A DNA stretch of 64,000 nucleotides from Azolla caroliniana (taxonomy: Eukaryota; Plantae; Polypodiophyta), in the NCBI GenBank assembly GCA_043228905.1, contig JBHGNT010000079.1, forward strand, positions 40,218 through 104,217, read 5' to 3'. Below the pieces are notes generated by a model that was not told where the DNA came from, did not search any database, and saw nothing but the letters and a program-made list of their open reading frames with translations. The position numbers and the translations under genes are program-made. Positions 36,236-49,600 of this stretch are shown here, one piece after another. Position 1 is the first letter of the stretch. The number at the start of each line of letters is the position of its first letter.

Positions 36236-38679
36236 TTCCCCCTCAAGCTCAACTTGAGGTTCCCTTTGTCAGCTCCAACCGGTCCTCCTCGTTGGGTTCT
36301 CCTGGCTGCATGCCTTCTGTCCCACCCTCCACAACCTATCTTGTCCCACGCTCCTCGACCCATCTAGTCGGCTTGTGTTAACCTACCGACAAACACAATA
36401 GGTTGAACGTCTTACTACTCATATCGTTCTATCAAGATGATTGTGGTTGGAGAGATGGGATATGCCGACACTCACTCAAAACTTGTTATAAAACGATAGT
36501 CACTCATAACCTACTCACTGAGAACTAGAACATACGATCTTGATCGACTGCTAGTTAAAACATAATTTGTGCAATAGAGAAAACTTCGAACATTCAACAC
36601 AATGCACAAGTATACTCGGCAAAAATTACAATTAAAATCTATCTTTTCATATTGTCGACTCTGACTTGTCGACCTTTATCCTTCGAGTAGCCAACCGACT
36701 AACAACTTGTCTGCTCCTTAGGCCTCCGTCGGTCTTCTTCCCACGCTTTCAACTCTAGCGCCCTTCGATCTGTAGTCTTCTCCGACTCAACATCCTCTTT
36801 GGTTGCCCTCTCGCTCGATCAACATTCTCTTGATTCGGCTCATCCGAATCTTCTTCATTATCTGAATCGGTTGTCTTCAATTCGTCTTCTCCTTCGGCTC
36901 TCCCCTTACCTTCGGTTGCCTCCGGCTTTGGCTCGTCCGATTCGTTGCTCCCTTTCTCGGTTGGTCTACCCATAGCCGATTTTCTTCATTCATTTCTCCC
37001 CTCATCAACTCTCCCCCTCAGAGTAGTCAAGCACGTCGAGATCCTACAAGCCTAGCATCTCTGAGAAGTGCCATAACTTGTCAGGTCCAAGGGGCTTGCT
37101 GAAGATGTTGGCCACCTGCCGATCGGTCAGAATGTATTTTAGTTCGACTTCACCATTGAGAACGCACTCGAGTACGCAGTGGTAACGCACTTCTATGTGT
37201 TTGGTTGCACGTGGAAGACGGGGTTCTTTCCGAGTTGGATGCTACTAAGGTTGTCGTAGTAGATCGTCGTTGAATCGGCAACCTCCTCCCACAAATCCCT
37301 CAATAGCCGCTTGAGCCATACGGTCTTGCACATAACGACACCCGCTCCACGATATTCGTCCTCAATGCTCAACAGTACTATTGTCGACTGCTTCTTGTTG
37401 CACCATGCGATTGTCGCACTCCCCAAGGAGAAGGCATATCTCGATGTCGACTAGCGATCGCTGGCATTTGTGGCCCAATCAGCATTTGTGTAGTCGACTA
37501 ACCGTTTGGCTATGCCTGTCCAATATAGCAACCCACGATCCTTCATGCCGCTAATATACCTCAGTATGCACTGATGGTGTTCGACCGTCGGCTTCGACAT
37601 AACTTGACTGATCAGTCCGACTGGATAGCTAAGGTGTGGTTGGGTGATAGTCAAGTAAATGAGGCTTCCGACAATTTTCCGGAACCTTGTCGTGTCGCAA
37701 GCCGGTGCCGAATTGTGACGAAGCTTGACATACTATCCAGAGGAGTTGAGACAAATCGGTAGTTTGTCATGCCGAATTTGAACATATTCAACACATAATG
37801 TCTTTGGCTCACCAATATGTCATCAAGGGTGTGGATCCCTTCGATCCCGATGAAGTAATAAATGTCCCCCAGATCTTTCATTTCAAAGGTTGTCGACAAT
37901 TGAGACTTGACGCAGCCAATTTCTTCAAGGTCAGTGGCAGCGACGGCCAAGTCATCCACATAAAGCAATATGCACATTGCCTCGTTTTGACATTGCCGAA
38001 TGCACAAGGAGGATTCTGACATTGACAGCGCAAACCCCATCTTATGCAGACTCTGTGTAATCTTTGTGTTCCACACATGGGGGGTTTGCCTAAGGACGTA
38101 AAGTCACTTCTTTAGCCGGCATACGATTGACTTGTTCATGTTAGACTAAAATCAAGGGAACAAAACCATATAAACCTATTATTCAATGTCTCCTTGGAAG
38201 AACACGTTCTTTACATCCATTTGATGTAAATTCCACCCCTTTGTTGCCACAACGGATAGCACCACATGCACCATAGTCATCTTAGCTATCGGCTTGAAGG
38301 TCTCGTCATAGTCGATATCGTGTGTTTGTGCATAGCCCTTGGTCACCAATTATGCCTTGTACTTGTTCAAAATGCCATAGGCATTGTATTTCACCGTGAA
38401 TACACATCTGCATCCAATCGACTCGACTCTTGTCGAGGGGTCAACCAAGTCCCATGTCTCATTTTTGGCCAATGCTTGCATCTCTTCCTCCATTGTTGAT
38501 TTCCATTTGGCCTCTGTGTAGCTCTCTAACTCGCAGACTTTGGCCACTTTATAACCATGTACGCATAGTGCTGCGACATGTATTCGTTGTATCTGTATCG
38601 AATCGTAGTGTTCTTGTGGTGAGTTTATCAATGTAACTTCTCGTTCGCCGATTTTAAGGCCCTCATGGCTGAATCCAAC

Positions 38680-38690
<11 letters not shown>
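36236..38690 (-). mobile_element. Internal region of an older, degenerate Copia element (RT/RNase H and 3' region)
   Basis: Minus-strand pieces MEEEMQALAKNETWDLV, ILLYVDDL, FEMKDLGDIYYFIGIE, DYTNADWA, IAWCNKKQ and IYYDNLSSIQLGKNPVFH, with many frameshifts. PPT at 36236-36246. Confidence 0.85.
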
Positions 38691-38756
<66 letters not shown>

Positions 38757-38800
38757 TATCGTTCCAATTTTATCAGATGTCCCCGAAGGGACTCTCTCTC

Positions 38801-41410
38801 TCTTTTCTTTTTTTTTCATAAATGTAGGTTTATATTAAAACAACATGAAAATACAAAAAAAACTTGCTATCAAAACTACATCAAAGGTAGCGATGTGGCA
38901 AGGACAACCTTCTAAGGTGTTGCAATACAAAGCGACACAAATGTAACTCGTTTGGGGACAAAGTTCCCATACAACATAATTGTGAAAATTGCCAAATCAA
39001 CTTTCCTTTTATCCTACATATCTGTTGAGATACTCCAGAAAGCCCATCAAATAAGAAACCATTCCACAAGTTCCAAATATACCACATGCCCAAGTAACGC
39101 AAATAATCAAACACAATCTTATACTCTGGGGATGGTAAAACTCTATCACCTTCAATGAAAACCCATTGAAAAGGTGACAAAACATTTCCAGTTAATGACC
39201 CCCACAGTTGTGATATACCTATCCATATACTTTTAGTAACAGGGCAAGATATAAACCTGTGTCGAGAATCTTCATCAGTCGTCGTACAAAAGACACATGT
39301 ACCACTACCAATGTGTCTTCGTTTTAAAGCCCTAGCCAAAGGTAACCCACCAACCATAGCACGCCAAAGAAACACCTTTGCATGGAAAGGAAGATGAGAC
39401 TTCCATCCTGCATCCAAAACTCTAGCACACCATTCACTTCCACGGATAATGTATCCAAAACCTTGCTCTGTACCCAAACTCTATCCTTAACCAACTTATG
39501 AAAAACATCATTTGTGTTCACTGCAAATAATGATTTCTTGTTATAAAAAAACCAATCTCTCCACGGTTCCACCACCACCAACTGTGGAATCGGTGATGAT
39601 AAAATACGCAATTGTACTATTGTTTGCCAAATCTGACCATATCCAGGAGGTATATGAAATCTACTTCTCACAGTTTGAAAAGCCATCATCTACCACTGTG
39701 ACTCTAAAATACCATCCTCCACAGTTACCAAACCTAGTTTTGCCATTCTATTAAACTTTGGCTTTAAATTGTCTTTTCCATCCCATTGTAATAATCTTGA
39801 AGATGCTATCACCTCTGTTGGCAAAGAGTTGCAATCTTTTCTACAATCATTTGGTTTCCAATTGAACAACTTCAAACTTTTTTGCCAAGAGACCACTAAA
39901 TGTTGAACAATAGTAGATGTTGAACATCTAAATGATCGAGTGCTATTAATAACATGCCACCATGAAGTTCTAATTTTTGTTTTACCATGTTGTATCCCCA
40001 CTTTCTCCACAAAATAACAAATTATCTCTGCCCATGGTTGAGAACCTGAACACATCTCTCTCAAGAGACTAAACCTTCGAGTAACCAAATGATCTTCCAA
40101 ATTGAGTAAATCGGCTCCTCCTAAATGTTTCGGGGTACATATATGAAGCCATGAAACCCAACTGATACCAATGTTGGACTCTTTCTTCCATAACGTATAC
40201 CTAAGAGCACGAGCCAAGTGATCAAGTGATTTCTTTGTCCAAGGTAACAAAGGCAAAAAATATGAAATCATCATAATCATAATTGCTTGCACCACTTTGA
40301 GACGAGTAGCAAACGGCCAAGCTTGGGACTTCCAATATATAAATTTATCTGCTATGGTCCCAGAAATCCAAGTTAGGCTTTGATTTGGTGAAATATCCAC
40401 ACCAATCAGGTAGCCCAAATGCCGACAAATCTTCCCTTTATCTAATATTCAGCCACTCCAACCAAGATTAACCAAATCTTGTTCAGTGCATCTAATCAAC
40501 AATTACTTGTGCATATTAATATGTAAACATGATGCTAAGACAAACACCTTCCACACCTCCATGGCGAAATTGGCTATGTTACTGGGATGTGCCTTAAGAA
40601 ACAAAAAAGAATCATATGCCAAGCTATCAGCTGATTCCCTGAGGGTAAAACAAGTTCCACTATATCTCGACATATCACTAACTCATGCATTTTAACCAAA
40701 ATTGGGTGGGTAACAAGGGCAAATAATAATGGACTCAATGGACATCCTTGTCTCACTAACCTTGTTAATGATATTGCCTTAGTCACTCCACCATTTAACA
40801 TGACATGTGACACTGCACCCAATCCCAACATAAATGAGAGTCGAGACATCCTTGTACCAAAACCCATCTCAGACATAAGTTGGGCAAGAAATGACCAATT
40901 TACATGATCATAAGCCTTCTCAATATCCAATTGTATCATAACAATTTCTTGTTTTGATTCCTTCGCATAATCCACAGTCATTTGATCATTTAAAATGTTA
41001 TGAAGGATGTCCCTTCCTGTAATAAATTACAAAAATCCATATTGCATAGGATGTACAATAGAGGGTAATACCTTCTGAAATCTATTGGCCATTACTTTGG
41101 TATAAATCTTGTATAAACCACCCATTAATGATATTGGCCTCCATTGACCAAATGAAGTAGGAGAAGCAACTTTAGGTATAAGTTTGATGAGCCCAATCTT
41201 CCAAGAATTAGGCATGTTACCAGAACTCCACACTTCTTGAAAGATTGTCATAAGGGGCCCTTTACGATCTTGAACAAATTATTTAAAAAACTCATTCGTA
41301 ATTCCATTCCAACCTGGACTTTTATCATTTGCAAGATGTGATAAGACATACTCCACCTCTTCTTCTCTTATGTCCTCTTCTATACTCATCACAACCTGTT
41401 GCCTAACATC
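38801..41410 (-). mobile_element. 5'-truncated L1-like LINE (RT through zf-RVT, poly(A) end near 38801-38816)
   Basis: KSPGWNGITNEFF, QWRPISLMGGLYKI, LDIEKAYDHVNW, VRQGCPLSPLLF and CVFCTTTDEDSRHRFISC; frameshifted. Confidence 0.88.
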
Positions 41411-41415
41411 ACAAC

Positions 41416-41494
<79 letters not shown>

Positions 41495-42465
41495 GTGAAA
41501 ACACACAATTATATTAAATTATAAATGTGTGTAAAAAACACTACTTACAATTGGTGTGACCATGAAGTATGGTCACCCACTAACTACACTACACTACACT
41601 ACACTACATGGGTAATGGAACATGTTGAATTGCCAATAGGCAAGACGAACGTTCCACCGAGGAAAGGATTTCCACTTGCTCCAATAAAGAAAATTGCCAC
41701 ATTAGTACTCCCTTCAACTTTCGTAGATATTCTTTCACTCCATGTCTACCATCGAATACAAAAGCGTTGCACATATTCCAATTATGATGCAATCCCCAAT
41801 ATCTCAAAAATAGAAAACCAATCTCCATCTCTGACTTTGGGTCTACCTGTGTAAATTGTGCAAACACCCATTGTCTAGGTGTCAAATAACACCGTGATAA
41901 AACTTGCCAAATTTGAGAAATGTAACTCCAAATCAGAGAAGCAATCGGGCATTGTATAAATCGATGAGTACTATCTTCCATTTGAACTGTGCAAAAAAAG
42001 CAATTACCCGTTGCTAGTCCACGACGCTTTAGAGCTAATCCCAAAGGCAATCCTCCAATCAAAACTCTCCAAATGAAGACCTTTGCTACAAGTGGCAATT
42101 TAGAATGCCAACTACGTTGTAAGATTTGCCACCACCCATGATCAGATTTGTGTAATCCCCATTCTTCTTCAGCCTTTAAAGATGATAACCATCCAAGAAA
42201 CTCAATAGAGCAATGATACAAAATATTAGTAGTCACTTGTAACAACGATGTTTGACCCTTTAAACACCAATCAATCCACGGTTGTTCTCCTGTTTGTAGA
42301 GGTAAGGGACCTTGCATCAATGGAATATTTCGTAGTTGTTGCCAAATAAACCCATAATTAGGTGGAATGCGTAATAATTGGCGTGCTTCAACAAACTCCA
42401 AAATTCTTTGACATGGAGCCTCAATTATATCTCCCACCTCTTTGACCCCTAAACAAAACAAACAA
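41495..42465 (-). mobile_element. Short 3' fragment of a related L1-like LINE
   Basis: KVFIWRVLIGGLPLGLALKRR...CFFCTVQMEDSTHRFIQC is homologous to the 3' part of 38801-41410. It ends near (CTACA)n. Confidence 0.8.
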
Positions 42466-42479
42466 TTAAATTGAGAGCG

Positions 42480-42542
<63 letters not shown>

Positions 42543-42543
<1 letters not shown>

Positions 42544-45465
42544 AATTATGGAAAACTTTTGATACATATGCTAAATTGCACAAACTTGATTATCCTAAAT
42601 GGTATAAAGGCATTCCCATTGACAAATGTGCTCACATGTTTACCATCCTCGGGTGGAGGAAGTGTGGTTGATTATGCATTAATGTTGGCATGTGATCTAT
42701 CATTGGTGAATGTGTTTAAAGTTGGTTCTCTATCTCCGGACTCAGACCACAAGCCATTGTACTTAGAGCTTGCTATTTCACATTCCACTAGATGTCGTGA
42801 AGGGAAAGACAAAAAGAGATGTATCATCCGACCTTGCTACGAAAATGCTAAGATGTATGCAAATGAAGTGGAGAACCATTTGTTAAATTTTTCTCTAAGC
42901 AATGATGTTAAAGAAAATTGGCAACATTTGAAGGATATAATCCTTAAGGTTGGATATCAATGCTTTAAGAGACATGTGGGTGGGCATAAGGTGTGTAGTT
43001 TTCCATGTAATTCTTGGTTCGACGATGAATGTAAGATGTATCTCAAATGGTTTAAGTCCATAGAAGGGGGGAATGAAAAGATTGTTGCATGGCACATATG
43101 CAAGAAAGTAGTGAGGAGAAAGAAAAGAAGATATTTCCAAATGCAAGAGATGAAAAAGAAAAACTTGTTTAAGCTCAAACCAAAATTAGCATGGGGACAA
43201 CTCAAGGGTAAGAAAGAAGATGTGAAAGGTGACTTTACAAATGTAGAGATGCTAGACTATGTACAAAGGTTATATATGCATGAAGATGTGGTTCCTATGG
43301 TTGAGAAAATTGAAACTCCATGCACTACATGTATCGATATTGATGATGTCAATAAGGGACTAAAGAAGATGGCAAGTGGGAAAGCAGCAAATTCAACCTA
43401 CGTCTCAAGTGAGCTTTTAAAATGGACAATGCCACACACTTGTCATTGGATAATGACAATTTTAGAGCAAGTTATAAAACAAGGATTTCCAAATGATTGG
43501 CTTATGAATTGGATTAAACCAATATTTAAAGGCGGAGATAAGAAACAAGTAGCAAATTATCGTACAATAATGGTCAGCTCAACTATTGCTAATTATATAG
43601 TGCTATTATGGAGCAAAAGATAAGCACATGGGCTGAGAGTACAAGCAAAAGAGCACTTGGGCAAGCCGGATTTAGACCAAAACACTCCACCGTGGATCAT
43701 TTGGTCACATTAAGACTAATCATGGAAGAGAGTCGACTTCAACAAAACAAAACACTTCGAGGTACCGTATCAAAAGCTTTCTTGAAATCAACAAAACACT
43801 TTATTGGTGTTTTGTTGATTTCAAGAAAGCTTTTGATACCATACCTCGAAGTGAGCTTTGGAATAGAATGGTAGACATTGACATGCCATTAGAGTACCGA
43901 GTTGCGGTTGCACGCCTATATGAACAAGTTAAATGCCAACTAAAAATGGATAGTGGATTCTCAAAGAGCTTTTTAAGTAATATGGGGGTCAAGCAAGGAT
44001 GTCCACTATCGCCCACACTCTTTGGCTTATGTATTGATAAATTAGAAGAAGTGGTGAATAAGGTTGCAAGAGAAGAAGGATGGAATGGCCCCAATTTGAT
44101 GCAACATGTTATCTTATTGCTTCTATATGAAGATGATGTGGTACTCTTCTCATATGATGTTGATAGTATGCAACATTTACTTGGGGTATTAGAAGAATTT
44201 TGCCATAATAGTGGACTAGCAGTGAATGTGGAGAAAACAAAAATGATGGTAGTGCAAACCATCCAACCTCATCATTACCCTATGCTCACATATAAAGGTG
44301 AACATATACAATTTGTTAAAAGCTTTAAATATCTTGGTATTGATGTACCCGCCACAAATAAATGGAGTGCATGCTTTGATTCTAGACTCCAAGCCGGTTG
44401 GAAATCATATTGCCTTTTGGAGAACCAATGCAACCAAAGTGATACTTGTGGATGGGAAGTAAAATTAATGTTGTTCAATGCCATGGTAACTCAAGTATTG
44501 CTTTATGGAGTAGAAGTATGGGGTGGCACCATCTCTCTTAATGCATGGAACGAGATTGAGAAAATTCAAAAGATGTTTTTAAGGAGGCAATTAGGAGTTA
44601 AATGCATTACCTCTTACCAGGTTATGCTCTTGGAAACAAGTGTTCAACCCATAGAACTATTGGCACTCCAAAGAGTATATAAATACATTACAAAAGTCAA
44701 GAATATTTCGAACCATCGATTACCACATCTTTCTTGGAATGTTGGATGTAACCTACAAAAGAATCATAAAAGTAAGATTCTCTCATCTGGTTGGGTTGTT
44801 GACATAAAGAAATGGTTTAGAAGATGGGGTGTGGATGATCTTTTAGAGCTTTCAAGCAATGTTATGCAATATGTAATGATTGAGGAAAGGTTGGTGGAAT
44901 TATTAAGGATGAAGTGGGAGGATGCTAAGAGGACAAACCTAGAATACTACATTGCAAATGTCAACCTTGAATGTTGGTCTCAATATAAAGCAAGAATGTC
45001 TATTGATCGTATCCAACCTTATCTCATTACCAATATGAGTAGCAATGCTCGTAGAGCCCTTACACTACTTCGCACTCGATCTCACAAGTTAGGTATTGAA
45101 GTTCCATCATGGTATCAAAATGTAACGAATTTGAAGACATGTAAAGTATGCAATGAAGGCATGGTAGAGGATGAATGTCACTTGCTCTTCACATGCTCGA
45201 CATATAGTGCAATTCGTTCAAGATATGTTGACATACTAAGAGGGAGTGATAACTTAAGAGCCATACTTAAGACACCACCTAGAAGGTTGAGCTCATATGT
45301 GTATGCTTTATTAACACATAGAGACTTTGTGCTTCAACATATGAATACCCCTTCTTAGGAAGGAGACGTATATCAAGAACACATGTATACTCTGGTCCCA
45401 TAGGTCAAATTTGGCCTCTTTATGGATGATAAAAATTCTAATTCTAATTCTAAAATTCTAATTCT
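42543..45465 (+). mobile_element. 5'-truncated non-L1 LINE (RTEX/L2-like): APE C-terminus, RT, C-terminal CCHC; (AATTCT)n tail
   Basis: SVVDYAL..SDHKPL (endonuclease end), QAGFRPKHSTVDH, FVDFKKAFD, GVKQGCPLSPTLF, LLYEDD (YADD mutated) and LRTRSHKLGIE...CKVC...EDECHLLFTC. The 3' end is tandem AATTCT rather than poly(A). Confidence 0.85.
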
Positions 45466-45539
45466 GTGTGTGTGTGTGTGTTTGGTCTGTATTCTCATCT
45501 CTGTTCTGTCCATTTCGCGGATCTACTTGAGTCTCTAAG

Positions 45540-45911
45540 CCCGTGTGCTCATCTTCTGGAATCTGGCAGCAAGTACACAGTGTAAGTGAGTAAGAGAGAG
45601 ACTAAGTAGAACATACAACAATAAACCTCTATTCAAAATGTTCTCAGTACAGGCAAATGTGCTCATTGAGCACTTTATATACAAGCCCACTCTCAAGGGC
45701 TGACACAAGTAATTGAATGCTCTTTAATGAGCCTCTAACACTAATAAGAATATAAGCCTACAATATTCCTATTGCTAAAATAAGAATATAGACCTCTAAT
45801 GGCCTGTCGGCTCCCAATCGATCTGGTTGTCGGCTTCTTCACCCGATCCTTCAACCGATCTGGCTTTCGGCTTTTTCAGCCAATCCAGCATGTTGAACTT
45901 GTCACTCAACA
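45540..45911 (-). mobile_element. LTR related to 30290-30773 (5' LTR of the older Copia, or a family solo LTR)
   Basis: Shares GTGAGTAAGAGAGAGACT, ATTCAAAATGTTCT, AATATTCCTATTGCTAAAA and the terminal CCAGCATGTTGA.CTTGTCACTCAACA. It is clearly diverged and has no adjacent PBS. Confidence 0.65.
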
Positions 45912-46649
45912 TTCTTCATCATCTTCTTCTTCTTAACTCGAGAACACATATTTTCACGTGTGATGTCTTCGGTGTCTCCGATCTCGGAAAACTTCATATT
46001 TTCGAGTTTCTAGATTCTCTTAACCAAATGTTTTATTCACTTAAACTACTTGATTTTCGTAACTTGTCACTATTTTGTATTGTCCAACCATACCATACGA
46101 AGTCGAAATTTCTAGAAAAACTTGTATGTTTTCATTTTGATTTCGGATTTGTTCACAGAAGTTTAAATTTGTATCTTTCTACAAGGACAAAGTTGCCCAT
46201 AATGATTACCACAAAACCTTATTCAAGCATCCCCATTATTTGGCCAAAATCCCATAAACAAGCAACCAAATATCAGCATGCACAAGCCCTGCCCTATGGT
46301 GGAAGCAAATAAGGAGCTATCTTTGAAGCCCTTCCCTATGGAGGAAGTAATGAAATGCTAGGTACACTCTTTCAAGCCATGTCATGATGACAAAACAATA
46401 TTCTTAACATAGAGCAAGAAAGTTGATAACCCACATGCATGTTATATATATTGCTCCTCTCTAAGTGGGCAAACTACCTATTTTATGGTAATTGAAATAT
46501 CCATTTTATTCAAGTGACTTTCAAACGTGTAGTAGTCACTACTTAACAAAATAGAATATTTTAAAGATGGACTACAAATTTCAAAGAATTTGTGGAAGGG
46601 ATTTTTAAATTTTGGTATCAAAAGAGGCAAAAAGTGATAAGCGGATTTT

Positions 46650-49600
46650 ATTTTATTTTATTTCTTTTATTTTTCCAAAAAAAAACTCCTTCCATTAGTT
46701 ATAAAATTTTACATATGAGATTAGTATATACAAATCCTTGTAGGGACACAATAGGTCCATCTTATGTGGATGCCCACCGACTCAATAAAGGGGGAGGACG
46801 ACAATTGTTGGATGAAGGCTAGTCGTTGTCTTTCAACTCCATCGGAGTCACCCTTGAGGCCATCACATTGGCTCTTGAGAGTGGCTATCACTTCACTCCA
46901 TATCTCTTGCATTAACACTATTGGTTGCACGGTTTGGTTGGAGAAGACCCGGCTACACTGTTGTTTCCATAGAATCCAAAGAGTTATTGGGCTGACCAAT
47001 TCCAACACAACTTGAGATTTGGCATTGATAAGAGTTGAGTGGACATTGTCAATGGTGGAGAAAAAAACCTCTTGTGCTTTTATAACCAAAGTCATCCCCT
47101 CTTCCTGATGCTCATATCTGTCAACTAGGGCCTGCCATGATAGCCAACCATAGATTGACACATGCGTGATATTCGTGATATTCTCCATGCGCAATATTCT
47201 CCATATTCGAGAATACAAAATGGCCCCAAGAATATTAAAAAACCATTCGTTTTGTAAAATAAATATAAAAAAATTATATATTTATTTAAATAAATGTATT
47301 TCACCAAAAAAACAATTATTCATTAATAGATTATAGTGTCAAGAGAGTTTATGAAACTTATTTTAATTAATTAATTAATTGTTTAAAAACGAATATTTTT
47401 AAATTTATTATACAAATATGATTACTAATTAATATGAACTTTGAAGATATGATTAGTTTGAAGTACTATTTTTAATTTTAAGATAAAAATATCCATAAAT
47501 TTTGAGGAAATAAAAAGTGAGAAATTAATGAGCCTTTATTTTATTTTATTTATTTATTAAAAATAAAACGAATACTTATAAGTTATACATTTATTATAAA
47601 AATTTAGAATTGTCAAGTCCCCAAAGTCCCTCTTTTATTATCCCTATTTATTGTTAAGTTCCTTTCTTTTTATCCTAGGAATTTTTTTATTTTTTATTTT
47701 TTATTTTTTTTGGGGAGGGGGGTTTAAACGAATACTTGACTGCCCATTCGTATTCGTATTCGTTTGCATTCGAATGGGAAACCCGACGAATGCGAATATG
47801 TCAATCTATGTAGCCAACATACATTCCCCCACTTGATTGAGCCTTGCACCTGGCATAATTGCAATAAGCTGCCAACCCCCCGCCATATTCGATGGGACTC
47901 TGGGCAGTCCCATAGAGTGTGTTGTATTGATTCTACTACAGTTGGACACGCTACACAATTAGGAGAGTTGAGGTTCCCACGATGCCATGCACCAACCGGT
48001 AGTGACTTATGTATTAATAGCCATTGGAAAGTGGCGATTTGCCTCGCGTGTTGTTGTTTCCAAAGTTTTTGCCAAAACTTGGTGATAATTGTGTTAGGAA
48101 CATGATATGTTTTCCAGACCTTTACAGCAGCCGGATCTCAGGCAGATTGAGTGGCTATAATATGGCGACCCAGTCTAGTTGTGAATTGAAAGAAAGGGAT
48201 AGGTTTGCTTCCTTGCACCGCGTCAGGATCACACCATGTCCATTGCAAAGGGTCCCAACTAACCTTACATAGCCATGTGTTTTCATGAGTACATATGTGC
48301 CGATCTGGTTGTACTTTGATCGGATCAGGATCTACAATCCATTTATGCCCAGTATACGCTAGTACTCGAATTGCCTTACGTTGTGTTGATGCCTCGTTGT
48401 CCTGCAGTTCAAAGCCTTCGATCCTGTCCGGTGTGTCCCTACCTCTTGGGAGCACAAAGCCCTCCTCCTTGTAGCCTATCCATTTCTCCGTTGTTGTCCT
48501 TTGATGAGCAGCTTCCCTAATCAGTAGAGCGTTAATGATTTCAGATCTCATAGCCCATCCGCCCCTTATTCCATGGAGGATGTTGGCCTGGTCTTGCATT
48601 GGCAATGACATAAACCATCTCCAACATTCTATACTTTTTCCTGGACCTTCTGACATGTATCCCCATGACAGCCCCTTACTTGATCCAATTAGTTGATTAG
48701 ATTCATCCCTAATACATGGGTTCCAAATGATACGTTGACTGAGCCAGGCAAGTTCGGAATTGGGTTGATCGCACTTGAGTCCTCGTCTAATGTCACACCA
48801 CGCCTTCCAAATGGATGCACTAAATCTATCCTCTAGTTGGCGAGAGAAACTAGGTTTGAGATCCATGTTTAGAATCCATCCAGTTTGGGGGGCCCAATTG
48901 GTCCCTTTTCGTGGCCTAAGTAAGTGAAGCATAACCGCAATAACATTTTCCAACAGTCATTCCCTAGTTGGAGTCCTCGCACCACAAATTTGGTGAGTAG
49001 GGCTTTTGATTGTGAGAGGGGATCAATAAAACCCAATCCTCCTCTCGACTTAGGTGATGTGAGTATAAGCCACACCACCTTGGCCCGAGTTGCATGATCT
49101 TCCTTACCAGACCAAATGTAGTTGCGTACCAGTCGTTGAATCTGGTGTAGACTTTCCTTGGAGATTGCCCAACATGATAGGTTGTACCATGCTTTTGCGA
49201 GTAATACCTGGTTTGCCACTATGATGCGCCCTGCTAGCAAGAGTTTTTTCGAACTCCAATGTATTAACTTTTGTCATATGGAGTCAATAACTGGTGTAAT
49301 CATAATCTCCGGAGGCATGTTGAACCCAATTTGGAAACCCAAATATTTGGAGTTCTCACCTTGATTGATCCACTTGAAAGCGGGAACTGGCGGCCACGCA
49401 AGATATGCATCATGAGAGAGCCATATTGCACAGGATTTGTGCCAATTGATCATGGCATTGGATCGCTTGCAAAATACGTCTAGACCACTTTCTAGCTTTT
49501 GTAAATTTTCCAAGTCGCCTTGCAAGTAGACGGCGGTGTCATCTGCATATTCTATATCTAGGAGGCTTTGGTGAGAATGCGGCACACGAAGACCACATAG

